Of a DNA stretch of 64,000 nt, positions 18,070 through 29,300 are shown in pieces. Made by a program: the position numbers and the translations under genes. Every line of letters begins with the position of its first letter. The stretch's first letter is position 1. The notes beneath the pieces were generated by a model. That model saw nothing but the letters and a program-made list of their open reading frames with translations. It was not told the DNA's origin and made no database searches. The stretch is from Thermodesulfobacteriota bacterium (GTDB lineage: Bacteria; Desulfobacterota; Desulfobulbia; Desulfobulbales; SURF-16): assembly GCA_039714595.1 (NCBI GenBank), contig JBDLJA010000011.1, forward strand, positions 148 through 64,147, read 5' to 3'.

Positions 18070-19412
18070 ACCTCCGGCAGGTTCTTGGTGGCGGCGATGA
18101 TGTCCTCTTCCGGGTAGTCATAGTTGTGCAGCTCACCGGCGAAGAAACTCTCGTAGCTGGACAGGTCCAGCATGCCGTGGCCGGAGAAGTTGAAGAGGAT
18201 GGTCTTGGGATCGTTCAGGTCCCGGGTGGCCTCTTTGATGGCGCCGAGGATGGCGTGGCAGGTCTCCGGGGCCGGGATGATGCCCTCGGTCTGGGCAAAG
18301 AGGCGGCCCGCCTCGAAACACTCCAGCTGATGGACACTGTACGGCTCGATGATATTATCCCGCACCAGGGCGGAGATAATGGGGGACATGCCGTGGTAGC
18401 GCAGGCCGCCGGCGTGGATGCCGGGGGGGATGAAGTCATGGCCCAGGGTGTACATCTGCATCATGGGGGTCATCTTGGCCACATCGCCGAAGTCGTAGGC
18501 GAACTTGCCCCGGGTGAGGGACGGGCAGGAGGCGGGCTCGATACCCACGAAGCGGATATCCTTGCCCTCCAGCTTGTCGGTGACAAAGGGGCTCATGATA
18601 CCGGCGAAGTTGGAGCCGCCGCCGCAGCAGCCCACCACCACGTCCGGATACTCACCGATCTTCTCCATCTGCTTTTTGGCCTCCAGGCCGATGATCGACT
18701 GGTGGAGGATAACGTGATTTAAAACCGAGCCCAGGGCGTACTTGGTGTCGTCGCGGGAGGCGGCGTCTTCCAGGGCCTCGGAGATGGCGATGCCCAGAGA
18801 GCCGGCGGTGCCCGGGTGGCTTTTCAGGATCTGGCGGCCGATGTTGGTGTCTTCACTGGGGCTGGCAACGATATCGGCGCCATAGGTGTGCATCATCGCC
18901 TTGCGGTACGGCTTCTGGTCAAAGGAGACCCGAACCATGTACACCTTGCACTCCAGGCCGAATTTCTGGGTGGCAAAGGAGAGGGCGCTGCCCCACTGAC
19001 CGGCCCCGGTCTCGGTGGAGATGCGCTTAACGCCCTCCTTCATATTGTAGTAGGCCTGGGCCACGGCCGAGTTGGTCTTGTGGCTGCCGGAAGGGGATAC
19101 ACCCTCGTTTTTAAAGTAGATCTTGGCCTTGGTGCCCAGGGCCCGCTCCAGGTTGTCGGCCCGCACCAGAGGCGCCGGGCGCCAGAGGCGGAGAACCTCC
19201 TGGACCTCCTCCGGGATATCTATCCAGCTCTCCCCGCTCATCTCCTGCTCCAGCAGGCCCATGGGAAAGACCTGGGCCAGTTTTTCCGGGCCCATGGGGC
19301 CCATGGTCTCAGGGTCAAGGGGGGGCTGCATGCCGCCGGGGATGTCGGGTATAATATTGTACCATCTTGTGGGCATCTCACTTTCTTCAAGGAAAATCTT
19401 CTTCTGGTTCAT
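18066..19412 (-). CDS. trpB2: TrpB-like PLP enzyme (tryptophan synthase beta type 2)
   Basis: SGSHKTN PLP lysine, [27 protein letters not shown] and FNFSGHG. Confidence 0.95.
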   Translation of the reverse strand: MNQKKIFLEESEMPTRWYNIIPDIPGGMQPPLDPETMGPMGPEKLAQVFPMGLLEQEMSGESWIDIPEEVQEVLRLWRPAPLVRADNLERALGTKAKIYFKNEGVSPSGSHKTNSAVAQAYYNMKEGVKRISTETGAGQWGSALSFATQKFGLECKVYMVRVSFDQKPYRKAMMHTYGADIVASPSEDTNIGRQILKSHPGTAGSLGIAISEALEDAASRDDTKYALGSVLNHVILHQSIIGLEAKKQMEKIGEYPDVVVGCCGGGSNFAGIMSPFVTDKLEGKDIRFVGIEPASCPSLTRGKFAYDFGDVAKMTPMMQMYTLGHDFIPPGIHAGGLRYHGMSPIISALVRDNIIEPYSVHQLECFEAGRLFAQTEGIIPAPETCHAILGAIKEATRDLNDPKTILFNFSGHGMLDLSSYESFFAGELHNYDYPEEDIIAATKNLPEV

Positions 19413-19784
19413 ACTTAGGGCTCTCCAAAAAAAATCAGGATTTAGGTCCGCCGGGACGGATGAGATAGTTTATGCATGTTTGCAATTGAACAACAACCAG
19501 AAAATATTTCTAACCGGTAACCTCTTAGTTGTCAAAAGGATCTCTCTATCTCGTTGCCAATTCAGCAGGGTCCGCCCCCAGCCTAAACTCGCGTTGACAA
19601 AGAGGGGGGGCTGATATATCTTGACCGATTCGCAATGATCATGCCATGAACCCCAGGGCACGGCCCTTTGCGCCGTTATGGGCCAGGGTAAGGGCGAAAG
19701 ATTGACCCATTTGGGCCGCAGCGTCTTTGTAATGAATAAAAATTTTATCACTACCAATTTCTTTATTAGATATGAGCAACAGCC

Positions 19785-21320
19785 ATGAGTGTTAGCCCGA
19801 AACGACAGGGTAAGGCGTATCTGGTGGGTGCCGGTCCCGGCGACCCCCGTTTAATCACCATCCGCGGCAAGGAACTGCTGGAGAAGGCCGAGGTAATTAT
19901 TTACGACTACCTGGCCGGTAAACGACTGCTGGACCATGTTCCGCCCGGGGCCGAGTTTATCTATGCCGGTAAGAAGGGCGGAGACCATACCCACACCCAG
20001 GAGGAGATCAACGCCATGCTGGTGGACCGGGTCCGCCAGGGCAAGATTGTCGTGCGCTTGAAGGGCGGCGATCCCTTTATCTTTGGTCGGGGTGGCGAGG
20101 AGTTGGAAGAGCTGCTCAAGGCCGGCCTCGACTTTGAGGCGGTACCTGGCGTCACTTCGGCCTCGGCCGCGGCCACCTTTGCCGGCGTGCCCATCACCCA
20201 TCGGGATTGCACCTCGTCAGTGGCCTTTATCACCGGCCATGAGCGGCCCGACCAGGAGAAGAGCCGGGTGGCCTGGGATAAGATCGCCACTGGCTTAGGC
20301 ACCCTGGTCTTCTATATGGGGATTAAGAACCTGCCATCCATCACCGCCAATCTGATCAAACATGGCCGTGACCCGGAGACACCGGTGGCCGTGGTGCGCT
20401 GGGCCTCCATGCCCCACCAGCAGTCAGTGGTGGGCACCCTGGCCACCATTGCCGATATCGTTGCCAGTGAGGGCATCAAGCCGCCGGCCCTGACCATTGT
20501 CGGCGATGTGGTTAACTACCGCAAGCATCTCAACTGGTATGAGAGCCGCCCCTTATTTGGCAGACGCATCCTGGTGACCCGGACCCGGGAGCAGGCCAGT
20601 GATCTGGTGGCCCGCCTGGAGGAGAAGGGGGCCACCTGCCTGGAGCGGCCCACCATCGCCATTGCCCCGCCTGACTCCTGGCAGCCGGTGGATGAGGCCC
20701 TGACCAGTCTGGCCGATTTTGACTGGCTTGTCTTCACCTCCATCCACGCCATCCATAAATTTATGGGCCGACTGCTGGCCCAAGGCTTAGATGCCCGGGC
20801 CCTGGCCGGCTTGCAGATTGCCGCCGTGGGCCGGGTTACAGCCGATGTCCTGGCCGAGTATGGTCTGGTGGCTGACTTGGTGCCGGAGGAGTTCACCGGT
20901 GAGGGGCTGCTTAAGAGCCTGCTGGCCCAGGGTATGGCCGGACAGGCAGTGCTGCTGCCACGGGCCAGCAAGGCCCGGGAGGTGGTGCCGGAAGGGTTAA
21001 ACGAGGCCGGAGCCAGGGTAACAAAAGTCCCGGTCTACCAGAATGTGGTCCCGGCCGGCGATGGCGCGGCCCTTGTCGCGGAACTGCAGGAGGGTGGGGT
21101 GGATCTGCTCACCTTCACCAGCTCTTCCACCGTTCACAACTTCGTTGACTTGGTAAAGGCGGGCGGGGGTGACGTTAATGAACTGCTGGCCCAGGTGCAG
21201 ATCGCGGCCATTGGTCCCATTACGGCCAAGAGCGTTAATGAGTATGGCTTGGAGGTGGATATCCAACCGCAACGCTACACCATCGTTGACCTTGTTGAGG
21301 CTATTGTCGCGGCGGGATAG
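19785..21320 (+). CDS. cobA: Uroporphyrinogen-III C-methyltransferase / uroporphyrinogen-III synthase fusion
   Basis: YLVGAGPGDP and RLKGGDPFIFGRGGEE, followed by a HemD domain with PLFGRRILVTR, FTSSSTV and IGPIT. Confidence 0.96.
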   Translation: MSVSPKRQGKAYLVGAGPGDPRLITIRGKELLEKAEVIIYDYLAGKRLLDHVPPGAEFIYAGKKGGDHTHTQEEINAMLVDRVRQGKIVVRLKGGDPFIFGRGGEELEELLKAGLDFEAVPGVTSASAAATFAGVPITHRDCTSSVAFITGHERPDQEKSRVAWDKIATGLGTLVFYMGIKNLPSITANLIKHGRDPETPVAVVRWASMPHQQSVVGTLATIADIVASEGIKPPALTIVGDVVNYRKHLNWYESRPLFGRRILVTRTREQASDLVARLEEKGATCLERPTIAIAPPDSWQPVDEALTSLADFDWLVFTSIHAIHKFMGRLLAQGLDARALAGLQIAAVGRVTADVLAEYGLVADLVPEEFTGEGLLKSLLAQGMAGQAVLLPRASKAREVVPEGLNEAGARVTKVPVYQNVVPAGDGAALVAELQEGGVDLLTFTSSSTVHNFVDLVKAGGGDVNELLAQVQIAAIGPITAKSVNEYGLEVDIQPQRYTIVDLVEAIVAAG

Positions 21321-21375
21321 GTGGCTCTGGGATGGAGGGGGCAGCCCTTGTGCCCAACTGACTAGTCATAACAAG

Positions 21376-21434
21376 CACCACAATAAAAAAGCGCGGCAGG
21401 GAAAGAATTCCCGCCGCGCTTTTTTATTGTGGTG
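21376..21434. terminator. Bidirectional intrinsic terminator
   Basis: CACCACAATAAAAAAGCGCGGC...GCCGCGCTTTTTTATTGTGGTG long inverted repeat between convergent genes. Confidence 0.85.
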
Positions 21435-21467
21435 TCTCCCCTTATGGGGGAGTAGCTGTTTTTTGTC

Positions 21468-23408
21468 TTACTCCCCCTGGGGCAGCTCTCCTTCCTCCGG
21501 GGCAGGGGTGAACTCTTGTTCCGTGGCCTCACCCTCTGGCGCATCTGGAGATTCTGCTGATCCAGATTCTGGGGCTGAGTCAGTGGGCTCATATTCAAAC
21601 GACTCTTCCGTCTCGCCTGCACCAGCCTCTGTCTCTTTGGCCTTTACTGGCTCTTCCGAAGTAACAGGGGCTTTGTCGGTTAACGATTCCATCTCTTCCG
21701 CGCTGACCCCTGGGGAGCCAGCCTTCCTTGCCTCAGGCAAATCCTCTTCACTGGCAGCCGGTTCTTCCTTGACTTCCTCAGCTTCAGGAGTGGCGGCCGG
21801 AGGTGGTTCAGCGGCAATACCCTCCTCTTCACTTACCTCTGGCTTGCCTTCCGCCCCGGCCTCGGCAGGCTCCTCAGCGGCAGGCTCCTCAGCAGCGGGC
21901 TCCTCTGCCACAGGCTCTTCAACAGCAGGTTCCTCTGCCACAGGTTCCTCAGCAGCAGGCTCCTCAGCTACGGGTTCCTCAGCAGCGGGCTCCTCGGCTA
22001 CGGGTTCCTCAGCTACAGGCTCCTCAACTACGGGCTCCTCTACGGCAGGTTCCTCTATAGCGGGCTCTTCGGCCGCTGGTTCGCTGGGCGGGTAATCTAC
22101 TGCTTGCTCCAGCTCATCGCCAATGTCCTGGCGCGGGTCATCAACGGGGGGGAGGACAAAGTCATCCCGGAGAAAGTCAGACTTCAAGACCTTTTGTTCA
22201 ATGATAACAACATCATTAACCGCAGTGGTGATTTCCGCCATCACCCGGCGATTCCTCTCCCGGTTTTCCTCAGAACTGTTGGCAACCATGGGCTCTGTTT
22301 CGCCGACCCCATGGGCTTTCAGGCGACTGTCAGCAATACCAAGGTTGTTCACCAGGTAATTGCGCACGGCTAAGGCCCGGGCCTGGGAAAGGTCAAGGTT
22401 ATACTCTTCACTACCCAGATCGCAGGTGTGGCCAACTAGCAGCGCCTCTGTCTCCGGATATTTGTTCATAAAGTCAGCGATCTTGCGGATCGTTTCTATA
22501 TACTCATCCTTAACTGTGGACTTATCCAGGTCAAACTCCACATGGAGTTCCATGGTGATCATCTTATCCTGGGGCAGCTGGCGCTCAAGGATTATGATCT
22601 CACCATCTTCCGTATCGTCAACCAGAGTGGGTTCTTCGTAGGCTGTCTCTTCTTCCGCGGTTTCCTCTTCCGCGACGTGGCGAGGGGTGCGGCGTTTGGC
22701 AAACATCACCTGTTCAACAAATTTGCTCATGGCCGGGCCAGAGGTAAGTTCCTCCGCCTTGGCGGTGAGGCCACAGCCGCCTATCTTGGAAATTTTCTCC
22801 AGTCGGGAGAGGCCGAAGCTGTCATTACCGACAGTCACGGGGTAATAGCAGACGGAGCCGCCAAACTTCTTTTTCAGGTAGGCCGATTCGGTGATGGAAC
22901 TGCGTTCAGCACCCTTGCCGTCGCTGATAATAATCACGGCGTGGGTACCGCTCAGTTTGCCAAGGTCGGTGCTGGCATTTATGAAGCTAAGGCCCAGGGG
23001 GTCAAAGGCACTGGTGTCCCGGGTCTTGGTGGCGATGATGGGAGTGTAATTGTGGAGCTGTTTGCCCTGCATATGATAGAGGCCAAAGGTGCTGGAGAAA
23101 TCCCTTTCAAACTTTTTGGCATCAGGACCAAAAAAACGCAACATCCTGGTATGGGGAATCTGGGGCATGGTTTCGCCAAACCCTGTTAATATTTCCATGG
23201 CCAGCTTCATCTTGGCCCTTCTCTTCCGGCCCAGGCCATCGACGACGATCATGACATTATCGGTCTTCTGCAGATAGGCGCCGGTTTTAAGTTGGTCGGT
23301 TAACTCCTCTGAACTGTACTTGCCGCCAAAGGCCACTGGTGGTGCAGTAAGGAGGAGAATGACCAAAAACAGGGTGGGCTGCACTAGTTTCAGGTGCCAT
23401 GGTTTCAT
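21468..23408 (-). CDS. VWA-like plus OmpA C-terminal (peptidoglycan-binding) protein with an acidic repeat tail
   Basis: Signal peptide, AVIIISDG, VEFDLDKS, GHTCDLGSEEYNLDLSQARA and NRERNRRV; Glu/Pro/Ala-rich tail. Confidence 0.88.
   Translation of the reverse strand: MKPWHLKLVQPTLFLVILLLTAPPVAFGGKYSSEELTDQLKTGAYLQKTDNVMIVVDGLGRKRRAKMKLAMEILTGFGETMPQIPHTRMLRFFGPDAKKFERDFSSTFGLYHMQGKQLHNYTPIIATKTRDTSAFDPLGLSFINASTDLGKLSGTHAVIIISDGKGAERSSITESAYLKKKFGGSVCYYPVTVGNDSFGLSRLEKISKIGGCGLTAKAEELTSGPAMSKFVEQVMFAKRRTPRHVAEEETAEEETAYEEPTLVDDTEDGEIIILERQLPQDKMITMELHVEFDLDKSTVKDEYIETIRKIADFMNKYPETEALLVGHTCDLGSEEYNLDLSQARALAVRNYLVNNLGIADSRLKAHGVGETEPMVANSSEENRERNRRVMAEITTAVNDVVIIEQKVLKSDFLRDDFVLPPVDDPRQDIGDELEQAVDYPPSEPAAEEPAIEEPAVEEPVVEEPVAEEPVAEEPAAEEPVAEEPAAEEPVAEEPAVEEPVAEEPAAEEPAAEEPAEAGAEGKPEVSEEEGIAAEPPPAATPEAEEVKEEPAASEEDLPEARKAGSPGVSAEEMESLTDKAPVTSEEPVKAKETEAGAGETEESFEYEPTDSAPESGSAESPDAPEGEATEQEFTPAPEEGELPQGE
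21861..22085 (-). repeat. 15 x 15-bp coding tandem repeat (EEP[AV]x pentapeptide)
   Basis: SEPAA EEPAI EEPAV EEPVV EEPVA ... EEPAE; 225 bp with synonymous variation. Confidence 0.92.
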
Positions 23409-23615
23409 ACTTTTACCTCAATAATGTTGAAGAAGGTGGGCATACTGAAATCTCCAGAATTTTCAGGAGGTATTTTGTCTTCATGAATTTAGAAATGGCC
23501 TTACCTTATTTCTCAAACTCCAAGATGGACCAGGCAAGGTGTCAAAATAAACTTTTCCATAATATTTCAATAATTTGCTCATATACTAGCCTATATATCA
23601 AAAAATTCAAAAAAA

Positions 23616-24452
23616 TTAAACTGTTGTCAAACGCATGCTGATGTCCTTGGCTAGTGCCGAATGGGTCAGCGCTCCCACTGAAATAATGTCCACCCCTGTG
23701 GCGGCAATCTCGCGGATATTGCTTAAGTTTACCCCGCCAGAGGCCTCGCTGATCGCATTTTTTCCTATAATTTCAACAGCTTGCTTCATTGTGGCGCAGT
23801 CCATATTGTCCAGCATAATGATATCCACGCCCGCCGCCAGGCATTGGCGGACCTGGTCAAGGTCTTCGGTCTCCACTTCAAGGCGGATGGTATGGGGAAC
23901 CGCTTCCCGAACTTTTTTCACCGCGGCTAAAATTGAACTGCAGGCTGCAATGTGGTTATCTTTTATCAGCACACCATCTGTGAGGTTAAAACGATGGTTA
24001 TGGCCACCACCCACCCTGACCGCGTATTTTTCCAGGATTCGCAGCCCCGGAGTGGTCTTTCTGGTGTCCACCAGGCGGACATCAAAGCCGGCAACCTGCT
24101 GGACAAACTGATCTGTCAGGCTGGCAATGCCGCAGAGACGCTGGGCCAGATTCAGGGCCACCCTTTCCGCCTTTAAGAGATCCAGCACCGGGCCCTTGAC
24201 GGTGAGCAGGACCTCTCCTGGTGCCACCCGGCTGGAGTCGGCGATGGCCTCAACCTCACACGCCGGGTTGCAGAGGCGGAACACCTCGGCCGCGACCAGG
24301 CCCAGCCCGGCGCAGAGAAAATGGTCCTTGGCGATAAAGCTTGCCTGGGCGATCTCGCTGGGGGAGAAGATAGCGTCGGAGGTGATGTCACCGGCGCCGA
24401 TATCCTCCTGGAGGAAGCTTTTTAGTAGTTGCTGCAGGGCAAGGTTTTCCAT
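23616..24452 (-). CDS. nadC: Nicotinate-nucleotide diphosphorylase (carboxylating)
   Basis: EDIGAGDITS, DTRKTTPG, NHRFNL, LIKDNH, IMLDNM and EASGG. Confidence 0.97.
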   Translation of the reverse strand: MENLALQQLLKSFLQEDIGAGDITSDAIFSPSEIAQASFIAKDHFLCAGLGLVAAEVFRLCNPACEVEAIADSSRVAPGEVLLTVKGPVLDLLKAERVALNLAQRLCGIASLTDQFVQQVAGFDVRLVDTRKTTPGLRILEKYAVRVGGGHNHRFNLTDGVLIKDNHIAACSSILAAVKKVREAVPHTIRLEVETEDLDQVRQCLAAGVDIIMLDNMDCATMKQAVEIIGKNAISEASGGVNLSNIREIAATGVDIISVGALTHSALAKDISMRLTTV

Positions 24453-24639
24453 GATTTCCCTATTAAGTTGTGGCTGATGTGGCGCCGGATGGCGCTTTAA
24501 GCGTAAGAGCTGCAGTTGCCGCAGATTATTATTGCTGGAAGTGGTTAATGATTTTAAATAAAAGCTTTAAGCTAAAGCAATTGCTATTCCCTTAATCGGG
24601 ATAGATTGCGCCGTAAACTTTAAATTTTCTATTTCCTTA

Positions 24640-25368
24640 ATGAATTTCTTTGACAGTCATCTTCATCATCAGGCCATCAGTAACAGTGTCATGGCGGGGG
24701 TGGGCCAGTTTACCGCTGCAGCCATGTTCTGTAACAGCGCCAAGCTGAGCGACTGGCCCCAGGTGCTGGCCAAGGCCCACACATATCCCCAGGTGGTTCT
24801 GCCCTTTCTTGGTATCCATCCCTGGTTTGCCGGGGAGTGGAACGGGACAAGCCATGAGCAGTTGGCCCATCTGCTGGCCACCGAACAGGCCAGGGGGATT
24901 GGTGAGATTGGCCTTGATCGTCCCTGCGGGGTGGCCGCCCATCTACAGGAACAGGCCTTTATGGCGCAGTTGCAGTTGGCCGGGGAGTTTTCTTGTCCCG
25001 TGGCCATTCACTGTGTCCGGCGCTGGGGACGGCTGTTGGAGATCCTTGCCGACCACTCTGCCCTCCCGGCCATCATGATCCACGGTTTTACAGGCTCCCT
25101 GGAGGTCATGGTCCGTTTGCTCTCCCTGGGTTGTTACATCTCCTTTGGGCCAAAGCTCATGGCCCGGGATGGGGGGGAAGTGTCTACCCTCCTGGGCCAC
25201 ATCCCCCTGGAGCGCTTACTCCTGGAAAGTGATGCCCCCCATATGGCGGACGGCAACTACCCTGCAGAGCTACTGCATCTCATTAACTTCTGCGCCCAAC
25301 TGCGTGATCTAACTCCCGAGGAACTTGGCAAGATAATCTATGAAAATGGCAAGGTTTTCACGAATTAA
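24640..25368 (+). CDS. tatD: TatD family hydrolase
   Basis: DSHLH, GIHPW, GEIGLD, IHCV, IHGF and LLESD. Confidence 0.9.
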   Translation: MNFFDSHLHHQAISNSVMAGVGQFTAAAMFCNSAKLSDWPQVLAKAHTYPQVVLPFLGIHPWFAGEWNGTSHEQLAHLLATEQARGIGEIGLDRPCGVAAHLQEQAFMAQLQLAGEFSCPVAIHCVRRWGRLLEILADHSALPAIMIHGFTGSLEVMVRLLSLGCYISFGPKLMARDGGEVSTLLGHIPLERLLLESDAPHMADGNYPAELLHLINFCAQLRDLTPEELGKIIYENGKVFTN

Positions 25369-26071
25369 GCGCCTTCTTGGCGAAGAGTCTTTCGCGGCCC
25401 TCCAGCAGAGCAGGGTCACGGTGGTTGGCATCGGCGCCGTGGGTGGTTACGCGGTGGAGGGGTTGGCCCGGGCCGGGGTGGGGGGGCTGCGTCTGGTTGA
25501 TTTTGACACCTTTGAAGCGTCCAACATCAATCGTCAGCTCCATGCCCTGGAGTCAACCCTGGGCCGGAGCAAGGTGGAGGTGGCAAAAGAACGGGTTCTG
25601 GAGATTAATCCCGCCTGCCAGGTGGAGACGGTGAATCTCTTTGTGGACCCAGATAATTTGGACCAGCTCCTTACGCCACGCCCCCAACTCATCCTTGACG
25701 CCATTGACTCGGTGGAGAGCAAGGTTGCCCTCCTTTCCCAGGCCTGGCAGGGGAATATCCCTGTCCTGTCGGCCATGGGCGCGGCCCTGCGTCGGGATCC
25801 AACCCTGATCAGGCTGGCCGATCTCCATAAGACCCAGAAATGTCCCCTGGCCCGTCAGGTGCGCAGGAGACTGCACCGGGCCGGGGTGGGTGAGGGGATA
25901 GGCTGCGTATACTCCCTGGAAGAGGCGAGTTTTGCCTCTCAGAGTCCCTTGGCCGTAAGCGAGGAGGAGGAAGGTGGCGCGGTGCGCCCCTTGGGCAGTC
26001 TGCCCACCATCACCGGCATCTTTGGTCTCACCCTGGCCAACGAGGCGATCCGCCTTTTGACCAGCCCCTAA
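25340..26071 (+). CDS. tcdA: tRNA threonylcarbamoyladenosine dehydratase (ThiF-like)
   Basis: GIGAVGG, LARAGVG, SNINRQ, DAIDS and CPLARQVR. Confidence 0.9.
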   Translation: MKMARFSRIKRLLGEESFAALQQSRVTVVGIGAVGGYAVEGLARAGVGGLRLVDFDTFEASNINRQLHALESTLGRSKVEVAKERVLEINPACQVETVNLFVDPDNLDQLLTPRPQLILDAIDSVESKVALLSQAWQGNIPVLSAMGAALRRDPTLIRLADLHKTQKCPLARQVRRRLHRAGVGEGIGCVYSLEEASFASQSPLAVSEEEEGGAVRPLGSLPTITGIFGLTLANEAIRLLTSP

Positions 26072-26274
26072 TTTAAAAAAAGAAGATAGAGGCCCACCAG
26101 AACAAGGAAGGGGCCATTACTGATATAGATGAAGTAGATAATGGGGAAGCGGGGTCCGTAGATCTGTTTTAATAAGGGGCGGTTCACCAGGCGCGGGACC
26201 CAGAAGAGGATGGAGACCAGCAGGCCCCAGCAGAGCATGACCAGGCCAAGTAGAGAGATTGGTGTTATATTCAT
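26068..26274 (-). CDS. Small two-TM membrane protein
   Basis: MNITPISLLGLVMLCWGLLVSILFW...YFIYISNGPFLVLVGLYLLF; ATG 26274 preferred over the track start. Confidence 0.6.
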   Translation of the reverse strand: MNITPISLLGLVMLCWGLLVSILFWVPRLVNRPLLKQIYGPRFPIIYFIYISNGPFLVLVGLYLLFLN

Positions 26275-26366
26275 TGTTTCTGTACAAGGTTGAAACCTCC
26301 GCCTTTCGGAGTCGCGTTGCACTCGCTTGCCGGGCGGATAGTTTTCAGCTAGTGGTTGTTTAGTTA

Positions 26367-29300
26367 CTAGTTGGTGGCCCACTCAAGGGGCAGGATAATG
26401 GTTTCCAACAGCCATTTAGTGGTGGCCTTGGTGACGGCGGAAGGTTTCAGGATTGTCACCTTCGGGTCGCGTATTGGCCCGCTTACCTGCACCGGGATGG
26501 AGATTATTCTTTTCGCCTTGCCTCCTAGAATCCGGCCCACCAGGGGAACCTTGGTGACAATATTGTTCACGGCCACAAATGGCACGACAAAGAGATTCAG
26601 ATCATACTCCTGTTTGTTCAGATTCACCACGCCTTGGATAACAATATTAACGCCATCGCCATCGATCAGCCCCGTGTCGATGGTCAGAACATTGTCGCAG
26701 ATGGTGCCGTCGATGGTGAATGAGTGGTAATAAAACCCCTTATGCCAGATGGCCCCGGAGAGACCGGTGAGGTTTATCAGGCTGAACACCTTGGCCAGGA
26801 CAACCATTTTTTTGATGGAACCCTCCTCTGAGTGCAGGTAGACCTTGCCATCTTTACATAGGCCTGATTCAGCGGCAATCTTGGCATTCAGCACCAGGGG
26901 GCCGTCCATGCTGGTCTCCATGTCCAGGCAGTTTAAGAAGCTTTTCAGGTCCAGGGGCCTGCCTTTTTCCGAGTAGAGCCGGAAATCTTCTTTGCTGGTC
27001 TTATCTTTCCGGCGCTCCATCTGACCTTCAACAGTCATGGCGCAGACTTGGCTCTTGCTCAGGTTCAGGCTGGATTTTTCCGGGTTAAAGGTATATCTGC
27101 CCTGGAGGGGGCTAAAGGGCAGTAGGGCCTGCCGGGGGCTGTCCTCGGCCAGATTAAGGCTGAAGTGGTGCAGGTTAAAGTCAATCCCGCCGCTGAGCTG
27201 GAAATTCATCCGCTTTTCTTTGTCAGGGAAGTAGGAGTGCCAGGCGCTGGCCAGTTCACTGAGCAGCTCCTTGTCCAGTTCCGATTCAGAGCTAACCTCT
27301 GCCTCAATCTGCCCCTGGCCGGCCGTGGTTTTCAGGCTGCCGCCGGCACTGATCTGCTTCTCTTTGGCCCGGAAGGAAAACTGCTCCACCTCCAGCTCCC
27401 GGCCTTTGCCGGCCAGGGAGATGTGGGGGGAGCTGATTAGAATATTCTTGGGCCCCAGCGGGAATTGCAGACCATCCACCTTCAGGCCGCCGGCAAACAT
27501 GAAGTGTTGTTTGCCATTTTGTTCATCCGGCCAGCTCTGCATCTGAAAATCACCGCTTATGGCACTGGCCTGATACTTCAGGTTCTGGAACAGTTCAGCC
27601 ATTGTCTCCTGACTCAACTTCCCCTGGAATTGCAGGTCATACTTGTTGCGCCGGGGTATCAGGCTTCCCGCCAGCAACGCTTTTTCCCCCTGGCGATCCA
27701 GGCTGACTGAGCCTTCCATCCCTTCATCCATCACGGTCAGGGCCAGGCTGGCCTTGGTGGTTTCTTTGCTGGAGTGGATGGTGCCGGCAATATTGGTCCG
27801 TTTGTCGTTCCAGTTGAAGTGAAAGTCGGTGAGCCTGGCCGGGGTGATCAGGGTGGTATTTGTCTTGATAAAGTCGTGTTGCCTGAGCCAGGCCAGGTGC
27901 TGCCCCTGGAGCCAGCCGTCAACAATCAGTTCGCCGGAAAAATCGTCCCATAATTTATGGTTAACAGTAAGATTTACGCCCAGTTCCTCACCCATGAGGA
28001 GCATCTTGTCACTGGCCAGGGAGATTTTCCTCTCTGTCAGCCGGGCCTGGCCCGAGGCAAGGCTTGTCTCGTCACCTAGGAATGGGGCGGAAAAGTCAAC
28101 ATCCCGCAACTCAAGGTCTGCCTTGTAGGTCCACTTCTCCGGCTGAAAGAACGGGCCCTGCATTGAGCCCTTGATCTTGGCGCTGCCCTGAATGGAGCTT
28201 AAGACCGGGCTGAGAAAGTCATGGAGGACGGGATGGCTCACCATCTCATTATAGATGGTGTTCAGGTCCAGTCTCCCCTTTAGGGCCGTGATGGTAAGGG
28301 GTGTCGCTGCCTTATCCCACTGGATGTTGCCATCACAGGCGTGGATCTGGTGCAGGCCTAAGATGCCATTAATCCCCTGCCAGGTGGCGGAGCTGTCACT
28401 TACCTGGATCTTGCCCTTGGTCACCGACAGGGGCCAGCTCAGCCGGTCATAACGGGCAACGGCCTTGGCAAAGGCGTGGACATCCACCGTAACCTGATAT
28501 TCGTCAAGGGTGCCGCCGATGGTAAGGCGGCCCGTGGCCCTGCCCTTACCCTCCACCTTGCCCAGTTCTCGCACCACATCCTTGTCCGGCAGGAGCTGGC
28601 GCAGGGTGGCGGGTAGTTCGCTCAGGTTCGCGTCAATGAGGACGTCCACCTCCAGGCCATCCTCGTCATCGGCCAGTCCCACGAGAAAGGAGCCGTCACT
28701 GCCATGGCTGTCGGCCACGTCGGCCACGCACCCCTTGCCGGAGAGTATGCCATCCTTGATGATGATGGGGCCGGTGGCGTGGTGGAGATCTAAAGGGATG
28801 GCGCCCAGATGGATCCAGGCATCATCCACATCCACCTTGATGGTCATGGCCGTGACATTGGCAAAGGCGGCCAGGGTATCGTTGAACTGGAAGCGGGCTG
28901 ACTTGGCCGTACCGCTCCGCACGATATCCAGGGCCAGGGTGGCAACCTCCGAGTCGCCTAGCAGGGCCAGGATATGCTCGCGGACCCCGGCCACGTCAAT
29001 ATCCTGGCCGCCCAGGTCAAGGTTGTAGATGGCGTCATCGCCCTGGCCCGTGTGGCTTATCTCGCCGCTCAGCTTGGCCGCGGGTTCGTTGAACTGCAGC
29101 TTTTTAATGGCGAACCGTTGCCGGTCACCCTCCTGCTGGAGGCGGATGTCAGCCTGGCCTGGAATAAAGTGCTGCTTCTTGCCCCGCCGCAAGAGAAAAA
29201 AGTCTGGCAGCTGGCCCCTTACATCCAGCTGCCAGGTCTCTTTCCCCTGCCATTTGCCGGCCAGGTTGAGGTTTGCCGCCTGGTCCCCAGGCTGGCACAT

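Noticed and set aside
21169-22095. 308-aa Ser-rich ORF on the + strand
   Set aside because: It is the antisense shadow of the EEPxx repeat and crosses a strong terminator.
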